From contig NZ_AP012977.1 in the NCBI RefSeq assembly GCF_016592595.1, forward strand, positions 1,239,912 through 1,279,911: 40,000 nt of DNA, written 5' to 3'. The DNA comes from Abyssogena phaseoliformis symbiont OG214. GTDB lineage: Bacteria > Pseudomonadota > Gammaproteobacteria > PS1 > Pseudothioglobaceae. The notes under the pieces are model-generated. The model was given only the letters and a program-made list of their open reading frames with translations. It did no database searches and was not told the origin of the DNA. Made by a program: the position numbers and the translations under genes. The first letter of the stretch is position 1. Every line of letters starts with the position of its first letter. Positions 18,824-26,329 of this stretch are shown here, in pieces.

Positions 18824-19552
18824 AACTACTTTTGCAACCCCAAACGAACTAACCAACAATAATGCACCACCCACCCAGCGCTTAAATAAATCGTCATTCT
18901 CTATAATTCTTTGGTGCAATTTAAGCCCGATAATATGCCCAACTGCAGCTATAGGAATCAAACTCAGAGACAATTGCCAATCAATCATCACGCCAAATGT
19001 CACAAAAGTGCTCATCTTAATACCCACCAAAATAAACCACAATACAAACAAAGTATTACGCAGATATTCCTTCGCCACATGGCGCATATACACAACCACA
19101 ATCAAAGGCGCACCAGTGAGCGAAATACCTGCCACATAGCCACCCAATATGAGTAGTAATTTATCCGCCCACGGTCGATGTGAGGTAATTTTTTGGTTAG
19201 AAATCCAAATAATTGAATAAAAAATCGTGATTGAATACACAAACACAATCATCACCTTATCAGGGAGTGATAGCAACCCAAATACCCCAATCAAAGTCGG
19301 AGGAATAATCCATAAGAGTGATTGCTTGAGGTAACACCAATCCACTTGCTTAATAGACTTAAACAAAGTCAATGAAGAGAAAAACAACAAATGAAGCCCA
19401 ATTATAGGCAACCAATAAACAGGTGATGCGCCCACTAGCAACATCAGCGGCAATCCAAGTGCCGCACCACCAAACCCAAGCCCCGTGCGCACAAACCCTG
19501 CCCACATAAAAATCAGGCCCACTAAAAATAATTCTGTATTAGAAAAGACCAT
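18812..19552 (-). CDS. TauE/SafE (TSUP) family anion/sulfite exporter-like membrane protein
   Basis: 246 aa, about 8 TM segments, with glycine-rich G(L/F)GGAALGLPLM and GGYVAGISLTGAP repeat halves typical of the TSUP family. Confidence 0.75.
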   Translation of the reverse strand: MVFSNTELFLVGLIFMWAGFVRTGLGFGGAALGLPLMLLVGASPVYWLPIIGLHLLFFSSLTLFKSIKQVDWCYLKQSLLWIIPPTLIGVFGLLSLPDKVMIVFVYSITIFYSIIWISNQKITSHRPWADKLLLILGGYVAGISLTGAPLIVVVYMRHVAKEYLRNTLFVLWFILVGIKMSTFVTFGVMIDWQLSLSLIPIAAVGHIIGLKLHQRIIENDDLFKRWVGGALLLVSSFGVAKVVMQF

Positions 19553-19573
19553 ATTCTTAACTATTTACCAACA

Positions 19574-20551
19574 CTACAGCCTATCCAACGGCGACACCAC
19601 CTCTTGTCCGCCTTGGCGTAATACATGCGTATAAATCATCGTTGTTTGTATATCGCTATGCCCTAATAATGCCTGAATGGTGCGAATATCCGTACCTGTT
19701 TGCAATAAATGCGTGGCAAATGAATGCCTAAATGTGTGCGCTGATACTTTTTTATCAATACTTCTACATTTTTTAACCGCCACTTTAATGGCTTTGTTCA
19801 CCGCTGATTGGTCAATATGATGTCTTCTCTCAACACCACTTCTTGGATCAGTTGCAATATTTCTACTAGCAAATACATATTGCCAGCCAAACTCCTTATT
19901 AGCATTCGGATATTTTTTAGCCAAAGCATTCGGTAAATAAACACCGCCATAACCCTCTTTTAGATCCATCAAGTGCCTTTCTTTTCTTTGCAACAAACAG
20001 GCTTTTAATAACGGGATTAATTTATTAGCAAGTGGCGTCACCCTATCCTTTTTACCCTTGCCATCCCGAATAGTTATTTGACAATATTCAAAATCAATAT
20101 CCTGAACCCTCAAGCGCACCAACTCAGAAATTCGCAAACCACCGCCATATAGTAACTGCACCATTAAAATATTTGTGCCACTAAGTTTCGACAACACTTT
20201 TTTTACCTCTTCGATACTTAACACTGCAGGAATGCGTGGTTGTTTCTTGCTACGTACCGCCTGCACATTTTCGAGTGGTTTGCTTAGCACCTTACTGTAG
20301 AGAAAAACCAACGAATTTAACGCCTGATTTTGAGTGCTTGCTGCCACATTTTGCTTTACCGATAAATCCGTTAAAAAATGCTCAACCTTATGTTCAGAAT
20401 TCTCAAACAGTTCCTGTTTGTCCCTCATTTGTGAAAACTTAATAAATCGCTTAACCCAATCGCAATATGTATTTTCTGTTTTATAAGCATAATGCATCCG
20501 CCGCATCAGCTCTCGCATTTTCTGAATGACGAGTTTATTTTCTATTATCAT
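19574..20551 (-). CDS. intI: Integron integrase (IntI family tyrosine recombinase), apparently intact
   Basis: 325 aa. N-terminal YKTENTYCDWVKRFIKF and STQNQALNSLVFLY. Catalytic R (GGLRISELVRLRV), HTFRHSFATHLL and IYTHV. The IntI-specific insertion is present: LPNALAKKYPNANKEFGWQYVFASRNIATDPRSGVERRHHI. C-terminal GGQEVVSPLDRL. Confidence 0.9.
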   Translation of the reverse strand: MIIENKLVIQKMRELMRRMHYAYKTENTYCDWVKRFIKFSQMRDKQELFENSEHKVEHFLTDLSVKQNVAASTQNQALNSLVFLYSKVLSKPLENVQAVRSKKQPRIPAVLSIEEVKKVLSKLSGTNILMVQLLYGGGLRISELVRLRVQDIDFEYCQITIRDGKGKKDRVTPLANKLIPLLKACLLQRKERHLMDLKEGYGGVYLPNALAKKYPNANKEFGWQYVFASRNIATDPRSGVERRHHIDQSAVNKAIKVAVKKCRSIDKKVSAHTFRHSFATHLLQTGTDIRTIQALLGHSDIQTTMIYTHVLRQGGQEVVSPLDRL

Positions 20552-20732
20552 GATAATTAGATTAAATTATGTAATTAATTTTTTTACTTAAATAGCACAT
20601 ATTAAGTAAAAATTTATTTTAGACCAAGAAAGTGGCAAGAATACAACATTTTTTACATAGTATTATTTTTAATAGCGTGTATAAAGGAATATGTCCTTAT
20701 ACTAAATAGTTATGCATTTTCCGTTGTTAGGA
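20552..20732 (+). other. attI region (candidate crossover core GTTAGGA at 20726-20732)
   Basis: Very AT-rich 180-bp spacer between the intI start and the first cassette-like ORF frame. That frame opens directly after the TAG embedded in GTTAGG. A CCCCAA...TTGGGG inverted repeat follows at 20737-20762. The exact site is not provable by eye. Confidence 0.3.
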
Positions 20733-20844
20733 TACACCCCAAAATTCTCAAAAAACTTGGGGGGATATATGGGTCAAAATTAGCAATGGTGAGAATTATA
20801 TTTATCGAATTGCTTTAGAAGCAAGACCATCCATTGGTTTCACA

Positions 20845-21081
20845 ATGAAATCAATGGAAATTGATTACGACTCACATTTAGAATTAAGGCAAAGTGTAGA
20901 GTTCCAGCTAAAATGTGAAAATGGTCTTTATTCGAGTGCATTAAGAGTTCAAAAAGCTGGGTTTTTCGGAAAATTTTTAGCCCATTGGAAGCGCCCTGAT
21001 CCAGATTACAGAGTACCAATGCAATTAGGAATTGTTGGTTTCTTACTTGGTCTTATTCTTGGAATGATTGGTTATGCATAA
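20845..21081 (+). CDS. Cassette ORF: hypothetical 78-aa protein with C-terminal TM anchor
   Basis: ORF ends ...MQLGIVGFLLGLILGMIGYA and its TAA (21079-21081) lies inside the attC inverse core. The frame is open upstream to 20731 without a start codon, so the gene may itself be 5'-truncated. Confidence 0.45.
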   Translation: MKSMEIDYDSHLELRQSVEFQLKCENGLYSSALRVQKAGFFGKFLAHWKRPDPDYRVPMQLGIVGFLLGLILGMIGYA

Positions 21082-21132
21082 CAAATCATTCCAGCCGACC
21101 GCTAACGCGTCGGCTGAATTCAAGCGTTGGCC
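21076..21132 (+). repeat. attC site 1 (best preserved)
   Basis: GCATAAC-AAATCATTC-CAGCCGAC-CGCTAACGC-GTCGGCTG-AATTCAAGC-GTTGGCC. Inverse core RYYYAAC-like and core GTTRRRY-like. The 8-bp perfect inner arms extend to ATT/AAT if one C is left extrahelical. The end sequences resemble the classical aadA 59-be (TAACAATTC...CAAGCCGAC...CTCAAGCGTTAG). Confidence 0.8.
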
Positions 21133-21765
21133 ATTATTGATGATTTAGGTGCAATTGTCATCATAGCTATTTTAATTATGTTGAATTTTTTCGGTGTGTC
21201 GAAAAAAAAGCAGCCTACTTTATTGTTGGTACAATATTATGGATAGGTGTTTTTAAAATCAGGCGTTCACGCTACGTTAGCAGGTGTTGCGTTAGCGTTT
21301 ACAATTCCACTCAATGCAAGGGATGAAAATAAACAACCATTTTCTCCTCTTAAGGAGATAGAACATAGCCTTCATTCTTGGGTTGCTTTTTTTATTCTCC
21401 CGTTCTTTGCTTTTGTAAATACAGGGGTAAATATTACAGAAATATCAATTAGTCAAATGTCTGGAGGCGTGCCACTTGGCATTATGCCAGGTCTTTTTTT
21501 GGGTAAACAACTTGGTGTATTTGGTTTTAGTTTTTTAGCCATCAAATTAAAGTTAGCAAAACTGCCTAAGGGTAGCAACTGGATACAACCATATGGTGTG
21601 TCTGTATTAACTGGCATCGGATTTACTATGAGTTTATTTATAGTTTCTTTGGTATTTGAAGATGATAGTCTTTTTCAATACACGGATAAATTGGCAATAC
21701 TTATTGGTTCATTCGTATCTGGTATAGTTGGGTATCTGATTCTTAAAACAGGAAAAACCACATAA
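21128..21765 (+). pseudogene. nhaA: Na+/H+ antiporter NhaA, 5'-truncated at the attC core, with an internal deletion and frameshifts
   Basis: TTG GCC ATT ATT GAT GAT TTA GGT encodes LAIIDDLG (the NhaA Asp-Asp motif) and starts within the GTTGGCC core. About 20 codons are missing relative to E. coli NhaA after AIVIIA. Frameshifts occur at the A8 run 21202-21209 and near 21255. The C-terminal 170 aa (KSGVHATLAGV...GIGFTMSLF...) are intact to TAA 21763-21765. Confidence 0.8.
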
Positions 21766-21804
21766 CAAAGCATTAAACCACGCCTTACACACCCAAGGTT
21801 AAAG
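21760..21804 (+). repeat. Short attC-like element after the nhaA remnant
   Basis: ACATAAC overlaps the stop codon (TAACAAAG, like the other attC left ends) and the element ends with GTTAAAG. There is no convincing inner palindrome, so it is either degenerate or coincidental. Confidence 0.3.
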
Positions 21805-21856
21805 AATTAAAAATTCCTAACCCCTACCCTCCACCTCACATCTACCATTGTATCTG

Positions 21857-21875
21857 TATAATTCTTGCCAAGAAT
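21857..21875 (+). promoter_or_regulatory. TATAAT box overlapping a 15-bp palindrome upstream of the MNT-HEPN remnant
   Basis: TATAAT at 21857-21862 and ATTCTTG-C-CAAGAAT at 21861-21875, about 45 nt upstream of ATG 21917. This architecture is typical of autoregulated TA promoters. Confidence 0.3.
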
Positions 21876-21916
21876 AACATTAACACCTAACCAATAAACA
21901 CCCTTAACCAAACTAA

Positions 21917-22812
21917 ATGAAAGACTCCCTAAAGCACTTACCTAATAACAAAGCAAATCCACTTAAGGCGAATTCTCCAAGTTATTCGTGAGGAGTTTGA
22001 CTCGGTTGTGGGTACGGCTTCGGGCAAAAGGAAAACGGGTAAGTTGATTAAGGTTATTCTGTTTGGTTCGCATGCTACGGGTAAGTGGGTGAATAAACCA
22101 GAGATTGGTTATATCAGTGATTATGATATTTTGGTGATTGTTAATCAATATGACTTAGTGGCAAAGCTTGATTTGTGGAATACGATTGAGGATAGAGTAA
22201 GAGTCTTTTTGACACCACCTTTTAAACCAGAATGTAACTTGACTGTACATACGCTAGATGAGGTTAATAATTCGCTTAAAGAAGGATAATACTTCTTTAC
22301 TGATACAAAGGGATCAGGGAGTTGTGTTGTATGAGTTTAATAGGAAAGAATTGGCTGTACCGGGGTACTTAACCCAAAAAGCATGCAAGAAAATGGCAAT
22401 AATAGACTATGAAGAGTGGTTTGGTGGCGCTAATGAACTCTTAATTAGTTATAAGGCAAATTTTAAGAGAGGAAGTTACAAACTATCTGCGTTTGAACTC
22501 CACCAAGCTACTGAATACTATTACTATTACTCTTGCTTGTCTTTGGTGCTAACTCAATACAAATCATAATTTACAACAACTTGGCTCAATGGCAGTCCAT
22601 CAAGATGAAGCATTAATGGCTGTCTTCCCACAAGACAGTAAGTTTATAAACACCGTTGTTTTTAACTACTCAAAGAAGCCTATGTTAAAGCACGCTATTC
22701 TAGGCATTATAAAATCACCGAAGAAGAGTTAAACTATTTAAGTGAGAGAGTCGTTCACTTGCAAACTCTAACCAAGCGGCTTTGTGAGGAAAAGATTAAG
22801 TCGTTTGGTTAA
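21917..22812 (+). pseudogene. Minimal nucleotidyltransferase (MNT) plus HEPN domain gene(s), heavily disrupted
   Basis: MKDSLKHLPNNK, then a frameshift to QIHLRRILQVIREEF...KLIKVILFGSHATGKWV...SDYDILVIV (the NTase GS...D.D motif). Next ...HTLDEVNNSLKEG, TAA, YFFTD, a shift, then GVVLYEFNRKEL...AFELHQATEYYY. Further shifts lead to ...LLKEAYVKARYSRHYKITEEELNYLSERVVHLQTLTKRLCEEKIKSFG (HEPN R-x4-6-H region) and the stop at 22810-22812. Confidence 0.7.
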
Positions 22813-23098
22813 AAACCAGCAAGTTTATGACTATTAGATTAATGAAGCAGGCTACTTCTTGCAACACTAAATACCCATAGGTATTCCAGAAAAATTTATG
22901 CCTAAATAGCCTGTTTCTTTCAATATAAAGAGAAAATTCAATTATTAGAAAGCAAAGATTTGGAGAATTTTACAGATGGAGATTTTAAAAAATACAGCAC
23001 TCTTCAAAAACAAAATCCAAACAGAACAAGAGAAAAGTATTAAGCAAAAACTCTCTGAAATTCAGACTATGCTAAAAAGCAAACAGTAAGAATAATTT

Positions 23099-23369
23099 AT
23101 GCCAACTATATCCATGTTTTATGGTGTTCTTATCAGAATATTTTTTCATGATACGGGCAGACACCGCTCGCCACATATTCATGCAGAATATCAAGGAGAA
23201 GTTGGCGTTTATGCGATAAAAGACGGTCAATTGCTTTCAGGTAATTTACCCCCTAAAAAACATAAATTAGTCGTTACTTGGATTGAAATCATTATGATGA
23301 TTTAAAGGCAGATTGGGGCTTGCTGTTAATGGTAAAAAGCCCTTTCCTATTAGAGGACTTGACCAATGA
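23099..23369 (+). pseudogene. DUF4160-family protein with two 1-nt deletions near the 3' end
   Basis: MPTISMFYGVLIRIFFHDTGRHRSPHIHAEYQGE... is a typical DUF4160 N-terminus. After WIEI the expected H.DDLKADWGL and AVNGKKPFPIRGLDQ segments lie in the two other frames (shifts at about 23290 and 23320). The last frame ends at a TGA overlapping the next ATG. Confidence 0.65.
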
Positions 23370-23596
23370 TAATCACTCAAATAGAACCACAAGTAAACCA
23401 CAAGTTACGTATATCTACAAAAGATGGTCGGACAGGTTTATTTGATGTGTTACCCTATTTGAACTCTGAAGCATTTGTAGATCTACAAGATAATGATAAT
23501 TTTATAAAAATCAGAAATGGAAAATATTTTATTGAGTGGGATTGTGGGTCGGACTTATCAGCAGACACAATCGAATCTGAGTGGAAAGTCATCTAA
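23366..23596 (+). CDS. DUF2442-family protein (usual partner of DUF4160)
   Basis: 76 aa, intact (MIITQIEPQVNHKLRISTKDGRTGLFDVLPYL...IEWDCGSDLSADTI). Its TAA sits in the attC inverse core ATCTAAC. Confidence 0.65.
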   Translation: MIITQIEPQVNHKLRISTKDGRTGLFDVLPYLNSEAFVDLQDNDNFIKIRNGKYFIEWDCGSDLSADTIESEWKVI

Positions 23597-23647
23597 CAAA
23601 TCATACCAACCAACTGCTTACGCATCGACTGAATTCAAGCATTAAAT
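23591..23647 (+). repeat. attC site 2 (decayed copy of attC 1)
   Basis: ATCTAAC-AAATCATAC-CAACCAAC-TGCTTACGC-ATCGACTG-AATTCAAGC-ATTAAAT. Colinear with attC 1. Of about 8 differences before the core, 6 are G/C to A/T, and they break the inner stem and the crossover G. Confidence 0.7.
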
Positions 23648-23869
23648 GCAAAAGCTGCACTAGATGCTGTTGGAGCCAAACCACATGATGTCGTCATTGC
23701 GCGTATTTACATGATTAACCTTACACCTAAAAGATTAGAAGAAGTTATACCTTCGTTTTTAGCCACTTTTTAAGGCGCTCAACCTTGTATCACTGGTGTT
23801 AGTATGGAGGTACTTGCTGCACCTGATTTACAAGTTGAGATGGAATTGGTTGTAAAACTTCCAGATTAA
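23642..23869 (+). pseudogene. RidA/YjgF-family protein, C-terminal fragment starting at the attC core, with an in-frame TAA
   Basis: LNAKAALDAVGAKPHDVVIARIYMINL...FLATF-TAA-GAQPCITGVSMEVLAAPDLQVEMELVV aligns with the C-terminal half of E. coli RidA (SLDNVKAIVEAAG...DIVKTTVFV...P.RS.VEVA.LP....IEIE). The N-terminal half is absent. Confidence 0.6.
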
Positions 23870-23914
23870 TCCTCATTAGGTAATTTACTAGTTCGTCGAA
23901 TTCAAGCGTTATAA
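23867..23914 (+). repeat. attC site 3 (right half conserved, left half diverged)
   Basis: ...GTTCGTCGAATTCAAGCGTTATAA shares the GAATTCAAGCGTT right end and a GTTATAA core. The left half (TAATCCTCATTAGGTAATTTAC) no longer pairs with it. Confidence 0.55.
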
Positions 23915-23939
23915 TTTTTAAGAAAAGAAAAATCGTAAA

Positions 23940-24104
23940 ATGAAGCAAATCAACATTCAATATTACAAAACAAAGATTGGCGAATTAATTCTTGACTCTT
24001 ATGATGACAAACTTTGTATTCTTAATTTTAAATACCGAGGAATGAGAACAGCTGTTGATAATAGAATTAAAAACGGATTAAAGGCTAAATTTAGAGAAGA
24101 ATAA
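23940..24104 (+). pseudogene. Methylated-DNA--protein-cysteine methyltransferase (Ogt/MGMT-like), N-terminal fragment only
   Basis: MKQINIQYYKTKIGELILDSYDDKLCILNFKYRGMRTAVDNRIKNGL resembles the N-terminal domain of cassette-borne MGMT-like proteins. The ORF stops after 54 aa and the catalytic PCHR domain is absent. The stop is embedded in TAACAATTCAAG, which looks like a collapsed attC. Confidence 0.5.
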
Positions 24105-24158
24105 CAATTCAAGATGGGTTATTTCCAAATAATATGCAAATGGATTGTATTTTTTACT

Positions 24159-25484
24159 CTATTTGAAAATGTTTGATAGTTTTTCAGCACCTTGTTGAGC
24201 AATAATTTTATCTTTAGCTTCAACCATCACTCTAATAAGTGACTCTGTGCCTGAAATGCGGATTAATACTCGACCCTCATCACCAAGTGTTTGCTCAACT
24301 TCGAATTGAGTTTGTTGTAGTTTGGTGTGATTTTCAAGATTAATTCTTGTTTGGGTTTTAACATTAATTAAAACTTGTGGATATTTACTCATTGATTGCT
24401 TTAACTTAGCAAGGCTGGATTGGCTTTTTGCCAGTACTTCTAATACTTGCAAAGCAGAAACAATGCCATCGCCAGAGGTGGTTTTATTCAGGCATATAAT
24501 ATGCCCTGAACCTTCGCCACCTAATATTGAACCGCTTTTTTGCATTTGCTCCATCACAAAGCGATCACCCACATCAGTTTCGATAAATTTAATGTCTAAA
24601 TCTCTTAGTGCATGGTGCATACCTAAGTTACTCATTTTTGTACCGACCACTGTGTTATTAACTAGCCTGCCTTGAGATTGCCAAGCTTTGGCGATAATAA
24701 ATACCAGCTCGTCGCCATCAACCAACTCGCCATTTTCATCAACCATCATTAAGCGATCGCCATCGCCATCAAAAGCAATGCCCAAATCTGCTTTTGACTC
24801 TAATACAACTTGTTGCAGATGTTTGGTGTCGGTTGCACCACAATGCTCATTAATATTAAAGCCATCTGGTGTGTTGTTGATGATATTAATATTTGCACCC
24901 AGCTCTGAGAACACGCTTTGGGCAATGTGATAAGTAGCGCCATTTGCGCAATCAATGACGATATTAAGCCCTAAAAGACTTTGTGCTCGATCAAACGTTG
25001 ATTTGCAAAATTCGATATAACGCCCAAGCGGTTGTTCGTGTCTATGGGCTTTGCCAATCTTGTCAGCACCCACACTAACCATAGGCTCGGCTAATTTTTT
25101 CTCAATTTCGCTTTGGTCTTGGCTGCTTAATTTAAGGCCTTTGGCGGAAAAAAACTTGACACCATTGTCTTGAAAATGATTATGTGAAGCGCTAATGACT
25201 ACGCCAGCACTGGCATTATAAGTTTGCGTTAGGTAAGCAACTGCAGGTGTTGGCATCGGACCTAGCAAGCCAACATCAACACCGGCAGATAAAAAACCTG
25301 CCTCAAGTGCAGATTCAAATAAATAGCCAGATACGCGAGTATCTTTGCCAATAATAACACTGGCTTTACCTTGTTTGGCTAGTACCGAGCCAACTGCCCA
25401 ACCTAATTTTAAGAAAAAATCAGCGGTAATAGGCTCAACACCCACCTTACCACGTATGCCATCAGTACCAAAATAATTACCCAA
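24159..25484 (-). CDS. glmM: Phosphoglucosamine mutase
   Basis: 441 aa with GTDGIRG and the phosphoserine loop [13 protein letters not shown]. Confidence 0.95.
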   Translation of the reverse strand: MGNYFGTDGIRGKVGVEPITADFFLKLGWAVGSVLAKQGKASVIIGKDTRVSGYLFESALEAGFLSAGVDVGLLGPMPTPAVAYLTQTYNASAGVVISASHNHFQDNGVKFFSAKGLKLSSQDQSEIEKKLAEPMVSVGADKIGKAHRHEQPLGRYIEFCKSTFDRAQSLLGLNIVIDCANGATYHIAQSVFSELGANINIINNTPDGFNINEHCGATDTKHLQQVVLESKADLGIAFDGDGDRLMMVDENGELVDGDELVFIIAKAWQSQGRLVNNTVVGTKMSNLGMHHALRDLDIKFIETDVGDRFVMEQMQKSGSILGGEGSGHIICLNKTTSGDGIVSALQVLEVLAKSQSSLAKLKQSMSKYPQVLINVKTQTRINLENHTKLQQTQFEVEQTLGDEGRVLIRISGTESLIRVMVEAKDKIIAQQGAEKLSNIFK

Positions 25485-25485
25485 T

Positions 25486-26292
25486 TTACTCTCCTGCTAC
25501 GCTTTGTAAAACCTTAAACGCATCTTTAGTTTCTAAAACATCGTGCACACGTACAATATTTGCACCGTTTTGAGATGCTATTATAACGGTTGTTACACTG
25601 CCAATCATTCTTCCGTCTGTGTTTCTATTATTAAGCATACTACCAATCATTGACTTGCGTGACATGCCAACCAAAATTCTCAAACCAAAGCTTTTAAACT
25701 CGTCAAGGCGACGTAGAATTTCAAGATTTTGATTGAGTGTTTTGCCAAAGCCAAAACCTGGGTCTAGAATAATCTTATTTTGGCTAATACCGACACCAAT
25801 GCAAGCTTCAATTCTTTGATCAAAAAAGTGTTTTATTTCATCAATGACATCTGTATAAACAGGGTTATTTTGCATTGTTTTAGGTTCGCCTTGCATGTGC
25901 ATAAGGCATACGTCCTTAGCAGTTGATGCTGCCACTTCAAGGGATGATTTAGTCTGCAAAGCGCGTACATCATTAATCATACTTGCCCCTGCCTCAATGG
26001 CAAGTTGCATGATTTGTGCTTTTGAAGTGTCAATGGAAATTGGCACACTGATTAACTTAGATAACGCTTTAATAACAGGAATAACACGGCTGACTTCGTC
26101 ATCAATTGACACTTGTGGGGCATTTGGTCTGGTTGATTCGCCACCAATATCAATCATATCAGCACCTTGGTCGACCATCAGTTGAGCCTGATTAATGGCT
26201 TTATCAATGGCAAGATATTGCCCGCCATCTGAAAAAGAATCGGGCGTGGCATTAAGCACACCCATAATCATTGTATTAGGAGATTGCATCAT
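25486..26292 (-). CDS. folP: Dihydropteroate synthase
   Basis: [32 protein letters not shown]. Start set at the MMQSP methionine (26292), because the longer ORF overlaps the ftsH 3' end. Confidence 0.92.
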   Translation of the reverse strand: MMQSPNTMIMGVLNATPDSFSDGGQYLAIDKAINQAQLMVDQGADMIDIGGESTRPNAPQVSIDDEVSRVIPVIKALSKLISVPISIDTSKAQIMQLAIEAGASMINDVRALQTKSSLEVAASTAKDVCLMHMQGEPKTMQNNPVYTDVIDEIKHFFDQRIEACIGVGISQNKIILDPGFGFGKTLNQNLEILRRLDEFKSFGLRILVGMSRKSMIGSMLNNRNTDGRMIGSVTTVIIASQNGANIVRVHDVLETKDAFKVLQSVAGE

Positions 26293-26329
26293 GATGTGGC
26301 GGCAATGTTCAAAAACAGGACAAAGAAAA

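Larger units (their letters stand above)
19574..24115. mobile_element. Chromosomal integron: intI, attI region and a decayed cassette array
   Basis: An IntI-type integrase on the minus strand, with cassette-sized units on the plus strand. These units are bounded by a recurring attC-like imperfect palindrome that starts at the stop codon of the preceding ORF. See the individual features. Confidence 0.8.

Noticed and set aside
22813-23098. Non-coding-looking stretch between the HEPN remnant and DUF4160, with short ORFs (for example MEILKNTALFKNKIQTEQEKSIKQKLSEIQTMLKSKQ at 22976-23089) and a possible collapsed attC at about 22810-22830
   Set aside because: The fragments are too short and too low in complexity to assign. 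The attC resemblance (TAAAAACCAGCAAGTTTATG) is weak. It is mentioned only as a candidate.
19574-24115. Mobile (transposon- or plasmid-borne) integron, class 1-like
   Set aside because: No transposase, tni/IS genes, terminal inverted repeats or resistance cassettes are visible. Both flanks are chromosomal housekeeping genes, so it is treated as a sedentary chromosomal integron.
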